Shown here: positions 18,145 through 27,300 of the stretch, one piece after another
How the letters are laid out: each line of letters starts with the position of its first letter
Position numbering within the stretch: the stretch's first letter is position 1
Assembly: GCA_039679385.1 (NCBI GenBank)
Contig: JBDKVB010000005.1
Span: forward strand, 271 to 64,270
Direction of reading: 5' to 3'
Source: Armatimonadia bacterium
GTDB lineage: Bacteria; Armatimonadota; Zipacnadia; Zipacnadales; JABUFB01
DNA: 64,000 nt
Notes under the pieces: generated by a model
What the model saw: the letters and a program-made list of their open reading frames with translations, nothing else
What the model was told of the DNA's origin: nothing
The model's database searches: none
Translations under genes and position numbers: made by a program

Positions 18145-18858
18145 GTGACGACTCGCGTAGCCCACCCTGGTAAGCTCTTCGTCGTGGAGGGGATTGATGG
18201 GTCCGGCAAGAGCACGCAGATCTCGCTCTTGTACAAGTGGCTCATCGCCCAGAAGTACTCGGTGTTTTTCTCCGAATGGAACTCGTCGGCGCTGGTGAAA
18301 CGCACCACTTCGCGTGGCAAGCGCAAGCGCCTGCTGACACCCACAACCTTCAGCCTCATCCATGCGACAGACTTCGCCGACCGCACCGAGCAGAACATCT
18401 TGCCGCCGCTGAAGGCGGGCGCGGTCGTCCTGGCCGACCGCTACATCTACACGGCCTTCGCGCGAGACGTTGCGCGTGGCTGTCATCCCGAGTGGGTCCG
18501 CGAGCTGTATTCCTTTGCCGTCCAGCCGACCATCGCCTTCTACTTCCGCGTGCCCCTGGAGGTGGCGCTGCAGCGAATCCTCTCGGGACGACCGGAGCTG
18601 AAGTGGTATGAGGCCGGTCTGGACCTGGGGCTGGCCGATGACCCCTACGAGAGCTTCCGGCTTTTCCAGGCGCGCATCCTCGAGCAGTACGAGAGCATGG
18701 TACCGGAGTTCGGCCTGCATGTGATCGATGCGACCTTGCCGATCGCCCAGCAGCAGGAGCAGGTGCGAGAGGCCGTGAAGCCGTATCTCGAGGCAGTGCT
18801 GATGCAGCCGGATACGGGCCAGAGGGTCGAGGCTTCTGTGGTGGGAGGTGAGCACTGA
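18145..18858 (+). CDS. tmk: Thymidylate (dTMP) kinase family protein, canonical P-loop
   Basis: 'LFVVEGIDGSGKSTQISLL' P-loop and 'LADRYIYTAFA' (DRY motif); length 237 aa. Confidence 0.7.
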   Translation: MTTRVAHPGKLFVVEGIDGSGKSTQISLLYKWLIAQKYSVFFSEWNSSALVKRTTSRGKRKRLLTPTTFSLIHATDFADRTEQNILPPLKAGAVVLADRYIYTAFARDVARGCHPEWVRELYSFAVQPTIAFYFRVPLEVALQRILSGRPELKWYEAGLDLGLADDPYESFRLFQARILEQYESMVPEFGLHVIDATLPIAQQQEQVREAVKPYLEAVLMQPDTGQRVEASVVGGEH

Positions 18859-19676
18859 TGGCGCCGCTTCGAAGCTACTGGCACCCGCTTCCGGGTGCTC
18901 CAACCGAGGATGTACCGGGCAAGCTGATCGTGCTGGAAGGCACTGACGGCGTCGGCCGCAGCACCCAGATCGAGATGCTCAAGCGGTGGCTGGAGAGCCT
19001 GGGCCTGGCGGTCTTCGATACGGGTCTGACGCGGTCCAACCTGGCCGGTCGAGACCTCCAGAGCGCCAAAGAGGGCCACACGATGGGTGCGGTGACCCAG
19101 GCGTTGTACTACGCCACCGACTTCGCCGACCGTCTCGAGAACGAGATGGTCCCGGCCCTGCGGGCAGGCTACATCGTACTCACCGACCGCTACATCTACT
19201 CTCTGATCGCGCGAGCGGTAGTGCGGGGCGCGGATCCTGCGTGGATGAAGCATGTCTACGGGCTCGCGGTCGTTCCCGACCTGGTCCTGTACCTACAGGC
19301 CGATCTGCCGACACTTGTGCCGCGGGTTCTGGCCCGGGGAGGCTTCGACTACTGGGAATCCGGCGCGGACTACATCCATGCAGAGAGCCGCTACGACTGC
19401 TTCGTCCAGCACCAGCAGGCGCTCCTGAAGGCCTTTGAAACGATGTCCGAGCAGTACGGCTTTGTGGTGGTGGATGCGAACCGACCAGTGCGGGTTGTCT
19501 TCCAGGACCTGCGGGCGCATATCGTCCGGCTAGTGGAGGGAATGACCCCGCCCGAATCGGGGCTTGAGGGGATCCCGGAGGACATTCCGACTCCGCGTCC
19601 GCTGGAGACTGAGCGGTCCTCGCGCAGCATCGCCGACATCATTGCCGACCTTCTCGGTGCGCTGAAGGACGAATGA
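18858..19676 (+). CDS. Thymidylate-kinase-like protein with non-canonical P-loop (GTDGVGRST) and an acidic C-terminal tail
   Basis: 'LIVLEGTDGVGRSTQIEMLKRWL' and 'LTDRYIYSLIA'. The start ATG overlaps the stop of the preceding gene (TGATG at 18856-18860). The Arg codon CGC at 18957-18959 replaces the invariant Walker-A Lys. Confidence 0.65.
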   Translation: MAPLRSYWHPLPGAPTEDVPGKLIVLEGTDGVGRSTQIEMLKRWLESLGLAVFDTGLTRSNLAGRDLQSAKEGHTMGAVTQALYYATDFADRLENEMVPALRAGYIVLTDRYIYSLIARAVVRGADPAWMKHVYGLAVVPDLVLYLQADLPTLVPRVLARGGFDYWESGADYIHAESRYDCFVQHQQALLKAFETMSEQYGFVVVDANRPVRVVFQDLRAHIVRLVEGMTPPESGLEGIPEDIPTPRPLETERSSRSIADIIADLLGALKDE

Positions 19677-19803
19677 GCCGACTGCTCCTGTAGCCAGGGA
19701 TGGGGCGCTTTCGAGAACTGACCGCGGGCTGAGGGCCGGCGGTCAGTCGGTTCTACGGCTGACCATCTCCCCGCGAGCGGCGAAGCGAAGGAGCAGAGTG
19801 CTG

Positions 19804-22146
19804 ATGCGGCAAGGCAAGGTGTTGTGGTACACGTGTCCCCGGGGGAAGCTTGCTGAGGCCCGAAGCCGCTGCACGGTTCGGCAGGTCCTGGCAGCCTGCG
19901 TACTCTCGCTCGTGACGGGCGCAGTCACAACCTGTGCCGCGACGCCGGACTGGGTCCGGTTCGGTGACGAGGTCAGCGAGCAGGCGCACCAAGTCGTCGC
20001 GCCGAGCACGAGGGTTGACAAGGGCGGCCTGGAGCAGCCCTGCCGTCGGATTGCCGCGGGCGGCTCCCTCACTTTCCAGCTGCGCTGCGACCCAGCCGAG
20101 CAGAACTATCTCACGGTGAAGCTGTGGGGCTCGGACACCCAGGTAGCAACGCTCTTCGTCTTCGACGGCGACAAGCGTCTCGGCGCCTACGGCGACGCTT
20201 GGCCGGAGCTTGACCTCGGAACCGGCGAAGCCGCCTTCCCCGGTCGTTTCTACTACGCCACCTACACCCTTCCCCGCGACATGACGCAGGGGAAGGACCA
20301 CGTCACGGTCAAGATCGGCGCCGTCGGCAGCCTCAGCCCCTATGCGCCGAACCCCGCGGACCGTGAGCGACCCCAGACGGGCCTCACCCGGGGTATCTAC
20401 CGTGCCTACTGTCATGTTGACCCCTGGTTTGAGCCGGGCGCCGAGGAGACACAGGGCGTACCTCCGATCGTCCTGCACAGGCTGATTCCGGCCGGTTCAC
20501 CCGACCTGCCGGCATATCAACAGCAGGTCGATGGGGCGGTCACGGCGATGCTGCGGTGGCAGCTCTACGGCGCGGAGTGGGATGCCCTGGTTGCCCGTGG
20601 CGATGCGCCGGGATCGATCACCGGGGCCATGCTGCGTCCGGTCCGCCTGGAGAAGAAGACCGAGCAGCAGTGGAAGGATCTGGCCGCGTCGCGGGGCGGT
20701 GACGGCAACGCGGTCGCCATGAACGCGCTGACGGTCTACGCTGCTGCCTACGGGGCGCCGTGGTCTCGGTACTATCACGACGCGAGCCTCCTGGAACGCA
20801 TCGCCAAAGGGTTGGACTACGCGTGCAGGGCCCAGAGCAGCATCGGCGGGTTCGTTGCGAAGGCCTGGGTCGGTGGCCCTGAGCGCAAGTTGGCCGGAAG
20901 CTGCCTGGAGGGCTTCGGCACCTCCGCCCTGGGACAGTGCCTGGTGCTGGTCGGGCCTGAGCTGGCTGCGGGCGGCTTTGTGGATAAGGCCTGCGACGAC
21001 GACGGCGACCCTGGTAGTCCTGAGATCAGCCGACGACAGGCCTGGGCGCAGATGCTGGCCAAGCACCGCGACTTCCTTGCGGGTCCCTATGGCCGGGGGC
21101 ACGCGACCAATCAGGACATGGCCCAGATGGGCGCGTTGTGGCTGGCCAACGAGGCAATCCGCTTCCTGGAGCCCGACAAGGCCTGGCCACGGGACAGGGC
21201 GCTCTCCTACGTCTACTCAGCGGCCGGGATCGCGAAGGACGTTCTCGGAGGCTACTGGGTGACCCGCAAGGGTCTGTGTCTGGAGCCCTGGGGAACGCTC
21301 GGGGGCGGCTACTGCGGAAACTATGGTGCGAACTGCGTGCGGGAGCTGTGCCGTCTGGCGGCGATGACCGGCGACGCGCAGGTGCGACAGAAGGCAGTGG
21401 ACGCCGTCGGAGCCTTCGCGCCTTTCGTGTTCCCCTCGACCGACGACGCGGGCTTCGCCTGTATGCGCAAGGAAGACATTGTCAACACGCGGAACACCCA
21501 CTGGCCCTGCGCCATCAACTACGGCGGCGATTGGATCGCGGCAGGGGCCTTCCATGATCCGGTGGCTCTGCGGTCGGTCCAGCTATACCTTGAGCACGGC
21601 AACCTGTTCGGCGTTCTACCGGAGTCCAACGCCCACTTCGCCGACTCGGTGACCCAGGCAGTGCTGACCATGGCGCAGCTTCAGGAGGCACTGAAGCAGC
21701 CTCTCAGTGCCTGCCGGTTCCCGATGGAGGAGGGGCTGCCCGACTTCGCGTGGGTCGATGAGCAGGCCGGCACTGCTGCGGTCAAGCACGGGGAGGCGCG
21801 GCTGTACCTGGCGTTGAACTGGCGCCGAGGCTTCCGTGACGGCAAGCGCGATCCGGAGCATGCCTGGGTGAACAACATCGCCCGCCTCCACTACACGACG
21901 CCTACGATCGACAGGATCGCAACGATTGCCATGGAAAGCCCCTACGGTTTCGGCAAGCTGTACCTGTGCAGCTATGGGCCCTACTGGGTCGCCATGAACC
22001 TGTCCGAGGATACCGGCTACACGGTGCGTCCGCCGAAGGGAGCTGCGACCCGGGCTGTTGATCTGATCTCCGCGCGCAGGTATGACCTCCCCGCAGAGAT
22101 CACCGTGGCCCCCCGGTCCTCGGTAATGCTGTATACGGATCACTAA
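19804..22146 (+). CDS. Secreted protein of unknown family (helical-repeat/toroid-like enzyme suspected)
   Basis: AAGGAG lies 10 nt upstream of the ATG at 19804. Signal-peptide-like 'RQVLAACVLSLVTGAVTTCAATP'. No motif I can assign. First gene of a three-gene same-strand cluster. Confidence 0.55.
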   Translation: MRQGKVLWYTCPRGKLAEARSRCTVRQVLAACVLSLVTGAVTTCAATPDWVRFGDEVSEQAHQVVAPSTRVDKGGLEQPCRRIAAGGSLTFQLRCDPAEQNYLTVKLWGSDTQVATLFVFDGDKRLGAYGDAWPELDLGTGEAAFPGRFYYATYTLPRDMTQGKDHVTVKIGAVGSLSPYAPNPADRERPQTGLTRGIYRAYCHVDPWFEPGAEETQGVPPIVLHRLIPAGSPDLPAYQQQVDGAVTAMLRWQLYGAEWDALVARGDAPGSITGAMLRPVRLEKKTEQQWKDLAASRGGDGNAVAMNALTVYAAAYGAPWSRYYHDASLLERIAKGLDYACRAQSSIGGFVAKAWVGGPERKLAGSCLEGFGTSALGQCLVLVGPELAAGGFVDKACDDDGDPGSPEISRRQAWAQMLAKHRDFLAGPYGRGHATNQDMAQMGALWLANEAIRFLEPDKAWPRDRALSYVYSAAGIAKDVLGGYWVTRKGLCLEPWGTLGGGYCGNYGANCVRELCRLAAMTGDAQVRQKAVDAVGAFAPFVFPSTDDAGFACMRKEDIVNTRNTHWPCAINYGGDWIAAGAFHDPVALRSVQLYLEHGNLFGVLPESNAHFADSVTQAVLTMAQLQEALKQPLSACRFPMEEGLPDFAWVDEQAGTAAVKHGEARLYLALNWRRGFRDGKRDPEHAWVNNIARLHYTTPTIDRIATIAMESPYGFGKLYLCSYGPYWVAMNLSEDTGYTVRPPKGAATRAVDLISARRYDLPAEITVAPRSSVMLYTDH

Positions 22147-22257
22147 GGCAAGAAGCCAGGCCCCGGGCGGCACTCTCGCACCACAGAGCGGCCCGACCGA
22201 AGGTGGCACTGACCGCGCCACCCACTTCTTCAGATAGCTGTGAGGTGAACCTCGGAG

Positions 22258-24207
22258 TTGATTTCACGCAGCCCCAGGTCCAAGGGAGAAGGCCCCGCCG
22301 TCAGCACTCGTGCGCTGGTTCTCGGGGCCCTTCTCATTCCCGTCAACGTCTACTGGGTGATGACCGTCGAGGGGATCTGGCACACCGGCCATCCGACCGT
22401 TATGGCGCTGCCCTGGGGTGTCGTGTTCAACATCATCCTGCTATTGCTGGTGAACGTGGCGCTGAGGCGGCTGGCCCCGAAGTACGCCTTCACGCAGGCG
22501 GAGCTTGTCACCATCTACGCCATGGTCGCCGTTGCCTGCATGCTGGCCGGGCATGACACCTTGCAGCTTGGTGTCCCCGACCTGAGCCACGGCTGGTGGT
22601 TTGCGACGGAGGCGAACCGCTGGGGAGACCTGTTCCAAAAGGACCTGCCCCGGTTCGCCACGGTCAGCGACCCCAGAGTGCTCGAACCCTTCTACGACGG
22701 CCACACGACCTTGTACACCAGGGAGCGCGTACTGGCCTGGTATGGTCCGGTCCTGTGGTGGTGCGCCGTGGTGTTTGCGGTCGGCCTCGTGATGGTGGGC
22801 ATCAACGTACTGCTCCGCAAGCAGTGGACCGAGCGCGAGAAGCTTGGTTTCCCGATCGTGCAGCTTCCGCTGGCGATGACGGCCGACGGCGGCAGCACAC
22901 GGTTCTTCTCGAACCGCGCTCTCTGGGTCGGGATTGTCTGCGGTGCCCTCCTGGACCTGTGGAACGGCCTGCACTACTTCTTCCCGCAAATCCCACTGAT
23001 CGATGTTCGGCACGACGGCACGCACTTCTTGGAGGCTCAGACCTGGGGCCGTCCGTGGAGCGCGATTGGTCGTACCGGCATTCCCCTGTACCCCTTCATG
23101 ACCGCCCTGGGGTTCCTGATCCCCCTGGACCTGTGCTTTTCGATGTGGTTCTTCTTCCTCTTCCGCAAGCTGGAGCAGGTCGTGGCCGTCACCATGCCGA
23201 TCCAGATGATGCCGAAGCTGCCCTACCTCGAGGCTCAGACCTACGGCGCCTGGTTCGTGCTGTTCGGGTATGCGATGTGGGTGGGACGACGCTACTTCGG
23301 GGAGCTTTGGCAGGGCATCCGCAGCGGTCGCGTCTCGGAGGCGAAGGACGTCGGCGACCCCATGAGCAACCGGGGCGCGCTGCTTGCCATCGTGGGCGGC
23401 CTGGCCTTCCTGATCTACTTCTGCCTGCGAATGGGAATGACGGCCGCTGCGGCGATTCCTTTCCTACTGTTCTGCTTCCTGATCCATACCGCGATGACCC
23501 GTGTGCGTGCTGAGCTGGGGCCACCTGCGCACGAGATCGCCGGGAACATCAACGCAAGCAACCTCGAGGTGATGGTGGCCGGCACGCGGGCACTGGGGAC
23601 GCGGAACCTGGTGGCCTACCCGCTCTTCTACTGGCTCTCGGGGCGAGGCTACCGCACAACCCCCATGCCGGTCCAGCTTGAGGCCTTCAAGATGGCGGAG
23701 GCCTCCGGCGCCGAACCGTCACGACTGGCGGCCGGGATGGTGCTGGCCTTCCTCCTCGGCGGGCTGTTCAGCTACTGGTCCGCCATCCACCTGACCTACA
23801 TCCACGGGACAACACCGCTGATCAACCACAACGCAGGCGCCTGGGCCCAGTTGGCGAGCTGGATCAACTACCCGCAGGAGCCCAACTGGCAGGGCATGGT
23901 CTTCATGGGAGCCGGAGGCGTCTTCACGGCCCTGCTGACCTGGATGCGAATCAACTTCGTCTGGTGGCCGCTGCATCCAGCCGGCTACGCCCTGGGAATG
24001 GTGTTTGGCGTGGAGTACTTCTGGAGCTGCCTTGTGATCGCGTGGGTGGTGAAGTGGGCGATCCTGCACTGGGCCGGCCACAAGGCCTATCAGCGGTTCA
24101 CCCCGGTGGTCCACGGAATCATCATTGGTGAGTACGCCATCGGCGCCTTCTGGAGTGCGATGAGCGTGATCCTCCAGCGGCCTATGTACGACTTCTCACC
24201 AGGTTAG
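22258..24207 (+). CDS. Polytopic (~14 TM) membrane protein, unassigned family; paralogue of 41571..43514
   Basis: About 14 hydrophobic segments. Blocks conserved with the paralogue: 'WTEREKLGFPIVQLPLAM' vs 'WVHRERLTFPLVQLPLEM', and 'WWPLHPAGYALG...VIAWVVKWAILHWAGHKAYQRFTPVVHGIIIGE' vs 'FMLHPVGYAIA...LIAWALKSVVLRYGGIKVYHRMVPFALGAILGD'. TTG start at 22258 with GAGG 11 nt upstream. Confidence 0.7.
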   Translation: MISRSPRSKGEGPAVSTRALVLGALLIPVNVYWVMTVEGIWHTGHPTVMALPWGVVFNIILLLLVNVALRRLAPKYAFTQAELVTIYAMVAVACMLAGHDTLQLGVPDLSHGWWFATEANRWGDLFQKDLPRFATVSDPRVLEPFYDGHTTLYTRERVLAWYGPVLWWCAVVFAVGLVMVGINVLLRKQWTEREKLGFPIVQLPLAMTADGGSTRFFSNRALWVGIVCGALLDLWNGLHYFFPQIPLIDVRHDGTHFLEAQTWGRPWSAIGRTGIPLYPFMTALGFLIPLDLCFSMWFFFLFRKLEQVVAVTMPIQMMPKLPYLEAQTYGAWFVLFGYAMWVGRRYFGELWQGIRSGRVSEAKDVGDPMSNRGALLAIVGGLAFLIYFCLRMGMTAAAAIPFLLFCFLIHTAMTRVRAELGPPAHEIAGNINASNLEVMVAGTRALGTRNLVAYPLFYWLSGRGYRTTPMPVQLEAFKMAEASGAEPSRLAAGMVLAFLLGGLFSYWSAIHLTYIHGTTPLINHNAGAWAQLASWINYPQEPNWQGMVFMGAGGVFTALLTWMRINFVWWPLHPAGYALGMVFGVEYFWSCLVIAWVVKWAILHWAGHKAYQRFTPVVHGIIIGEYAIGAFWSAMSVILQRPMYDFSPG

Positions 24208-24322
24208 GGCAGGCTACTCGCACGCGTACCGGAGAGCCTGTGTGGGTCTGGGAAGGGCCAACCTGTCCGGGCGGGGAACAGGATGCAGTATCGTGAGCTT
24301 ACTGTGGCCCGGAGGAACGCCC

Positions 24323-27300
24323 ATGCGCCCCACCAGGACCGTGCTGCTCGCCCTCAGCCTGCTTGTCGTCGTCCCGCTGGCCTCCTGCCAGCAGGTCGCC
24401 ACTCCCAACCTGAAGTGCGTCTGGTCCGGCATGACTGTGACCGAGCTGCACGACAGCGACGGAACAGTTTTCGCCCAGGCCAAGGCACCCGCAACGCAGG
24501 TCGTACTCTCACGACTTGAGGGTGACCTGACGCTTGAGGCTGCGCAAGTCCCTGCCACAGTGGAGAGCCAGCCACCGCAGAGGACTTTCGCCAAACTCAG
24601 CGGCGCCGGGGAGGGCACTGCGCGCCTCAGTCTGGCACCGGATGCGGGCAGTGGTGACCTGATCGTGGAGCAGGAGGGGACCTCGGGTCCAGGGCTCCAT
24701 GACATCTACTGGCGAGTTCAGGGCATTCCGCTGGACTACTCGATCATCATCCCGGGACGCAGTGGAATCCGTCTCGACCGCAACACCCCGGGCACCACGC
24801 AGAGCTTCACCTACCCGCAGAGCTGGGAAGCGCAGTTCGTCATCATCCAGGGGCGTGACCGCGGGTTCTGGATCTGGGCCGAGGATACGGAGGGGCAGTT
24901 CAAGAGCCTCACCGCCAACCGGCGTGCGACGGGCTGGGAGCTGGTCCTGGGAACCCAGAACCTGGCTCCCTTTGAGGACAAGTCGACGATCCGCAGCGTC
25001 CGCTGGCACCTGGGCACCTACCGCGGAGACTGGACGGTTCCGGCGAGTCGCTACCGCACCTGGGCAGCAGCCAACTTCGGGCTTGTCCCGCTGGCGCAGC
25101 AGCGTCCCGCCTGGGTCAAGGACGTGCGGGCGATGTTCATCTGCGGGATGGACCTCGAGACCTTGAGGGCGATCGCCGGTGTCTGCGACCCACGCCAGAC
25201 GGTGCTCTACGTCCCCAGTTGGCGGCGGGACGGGTACGACATCAACTACCCCGACTACACTCCGCTTCCCGCACTGGAGCCCTTCCTCGCCGAGGCGCAC
25301 CGGCTTGGCTTCCGGGTCATGCTGCATGTGAACTACTTCGGCTGTGACCTCAAGAACCCGCTCTACGAGACCTTCAAGCCCTACCACGTCCGCGACGCCT
25401 TCCGCAAAGAGTACCAGTGGTGGATTCCGCCCAGCCAGAAGAAGTGGACGGACCGCGAGCCCACGATCAAGTTCGCCTACATCAACCCGGCCTCGCGCGC
25501 CTGGCGCGAGCTGCTGGTTTCCCGACTGAAGAAGCTGTGCACCGACTACGACGTGGACGCGCTGCACCTGGACCAGACGCTGTGCATCTACAACGAGGCC
25601 GCCGGTCGCGTCGACGGCATGACGATGGTAGAGGGCAACCTGGCGCTTCACCGGGAACTACGCGAGGCGCTGCCTGAAGTCGCGCTCTCGGGTGAGGGGC
25701 TCAATGAGGTTACCTTCCGTATGGAGGCCTTCGCCCAGCGCCATGCCTGGGGAGTGAACCATTCCGAGGGGACCTGGAACCGCAGCCAGATCGACTGCGC
25801 GCACCCCATCTCGTCCTTCCTGTTTTGCCCGTACACCACCATCAACGGCTATCTGGGCATGACCTCGCCGAGCAATGAGCAGTACTACGCCGCATGGCGG
25901 CAGGCATACGTGAACTGGGGTGTGATCCCGACCTTCGCGCATGTCGGCCTGGCGCAACTGAAGGACCCCACGGGCTTCACTCGGCAGCTTCTGGGAGAGA
26001 TCGCCTTCTTCCAGCGGGAGAAGGTTGACCCGGACCTGTACCGCGCCTGGAGGCCGGACACGCTGTTCCCGTATCGCACGGCCTCGGGGCAGCCGGTGGA
26101 GTACGTGCGCAAGGATGGTTTCGCGCTGATTGCGGGGAGTGGCCCTGCCTCACAGGTGGTGTCGCAGACGCTCACCGGCGTGAGTCAGGTGACGGGAGAG
26201 GGCAGCGTCAGTGGCTGGCCTGCGTACAATGCGCAGGGCATTTTCGGCCTGCACACAGACGCCTGGTATCCCTTTGAGCCGCAGACTTCGCGCGATCTGG
26301 CCGCCCCGCACCTCGACCGGGCACCCTCCTGGGTCACGGTGGATGGGGTCACTTCGGGGCCGGACATGCTTGCGGTACGGACCTCCGACGCACACCGAGT
26401 TGTGGCCTGGGTGGCCGACCTGCTCGGGACCGGGCGCAGCGGCTACACGGTCTTCGGCGGCGCCGGCGAGGAGCAAGAGGGTGAGCTGGCAGGCTCTGCG
26501 GCCGGAGCGCGGTTCACGGCGTCGTCCCGCGAACTGATCTCCTTGCACCCTCCCTGGAAGGGCGAGCGCAAGGACCCGGCTATCGGCACCGCAAGCGCAG
26601 ACGGGACCGGGGAAGTGTACGCGGTGCTGCGCGTGACCTTGCCGGAGGATGGGGCCAGCCGATTCCTGAGCGGCGTGTGCCTGGAACCTGGTGCGCTGGG
26701 CGAAGGCAAGAGCGACGGGGTGACCTACATCGTCGAAGCGACCTCGGAGGGCAAGACGCTGCGCAGCCAGGTCCACACTGCGCAGGCAACCGCTGTGCCG
26801 CTGGAGCTTGATCTTGCGCCCTTCCGAGGCAAGGGGATCCAGCTAAGGCTTACCGTCGATCCGGGACCAGCACGAAACCCAAGCTTCGACTGGGCACGCT
26901 GGGAGAGCCCGAGGATCGAAGTGGACCGCACGAAGGCGGGTGACCTGGAGGTCGTCGCGCCACCGAGGCAGGACTGGGTCGCGGCTCTGTCCTCAAGCGG
27001 CACCGCCCAACTCAGTACCCTCGAGGCCACGCGGTATCTTGTCCGGGCGCCACTGCCGGGCTCGGTCTACCTGCTCAAGCGAAAGCCGCAGGCGGTGTCC
27101 CTGCCTTGCGATCTCACCGGCTGCAGCTTCAGCCTGCTGTTCCTGACGCAGGGAGGGCAGCAGCTCACGGCTCCTCAGTACGCAGCTGGTGCTGTCGGGG
27201 AGGCGTCGGTGCTCGGGCTGCAGCGTCGGGGCTTCACTGCGCATCCGCCCAACCGAGGACGCACGCTCATGGAGTTCCCGCTGCAGATGCCCCAGCGACC

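Noticed and set aside
19677-19797. Hairpins after the second tmk-like gene: ctgaccgc...gcggtcag and ggtcag...ctgacc.
   Set aside because: The stems are only 6-8 bp with long loops and no following T-tract. Not convincing enough to report as a terminator.
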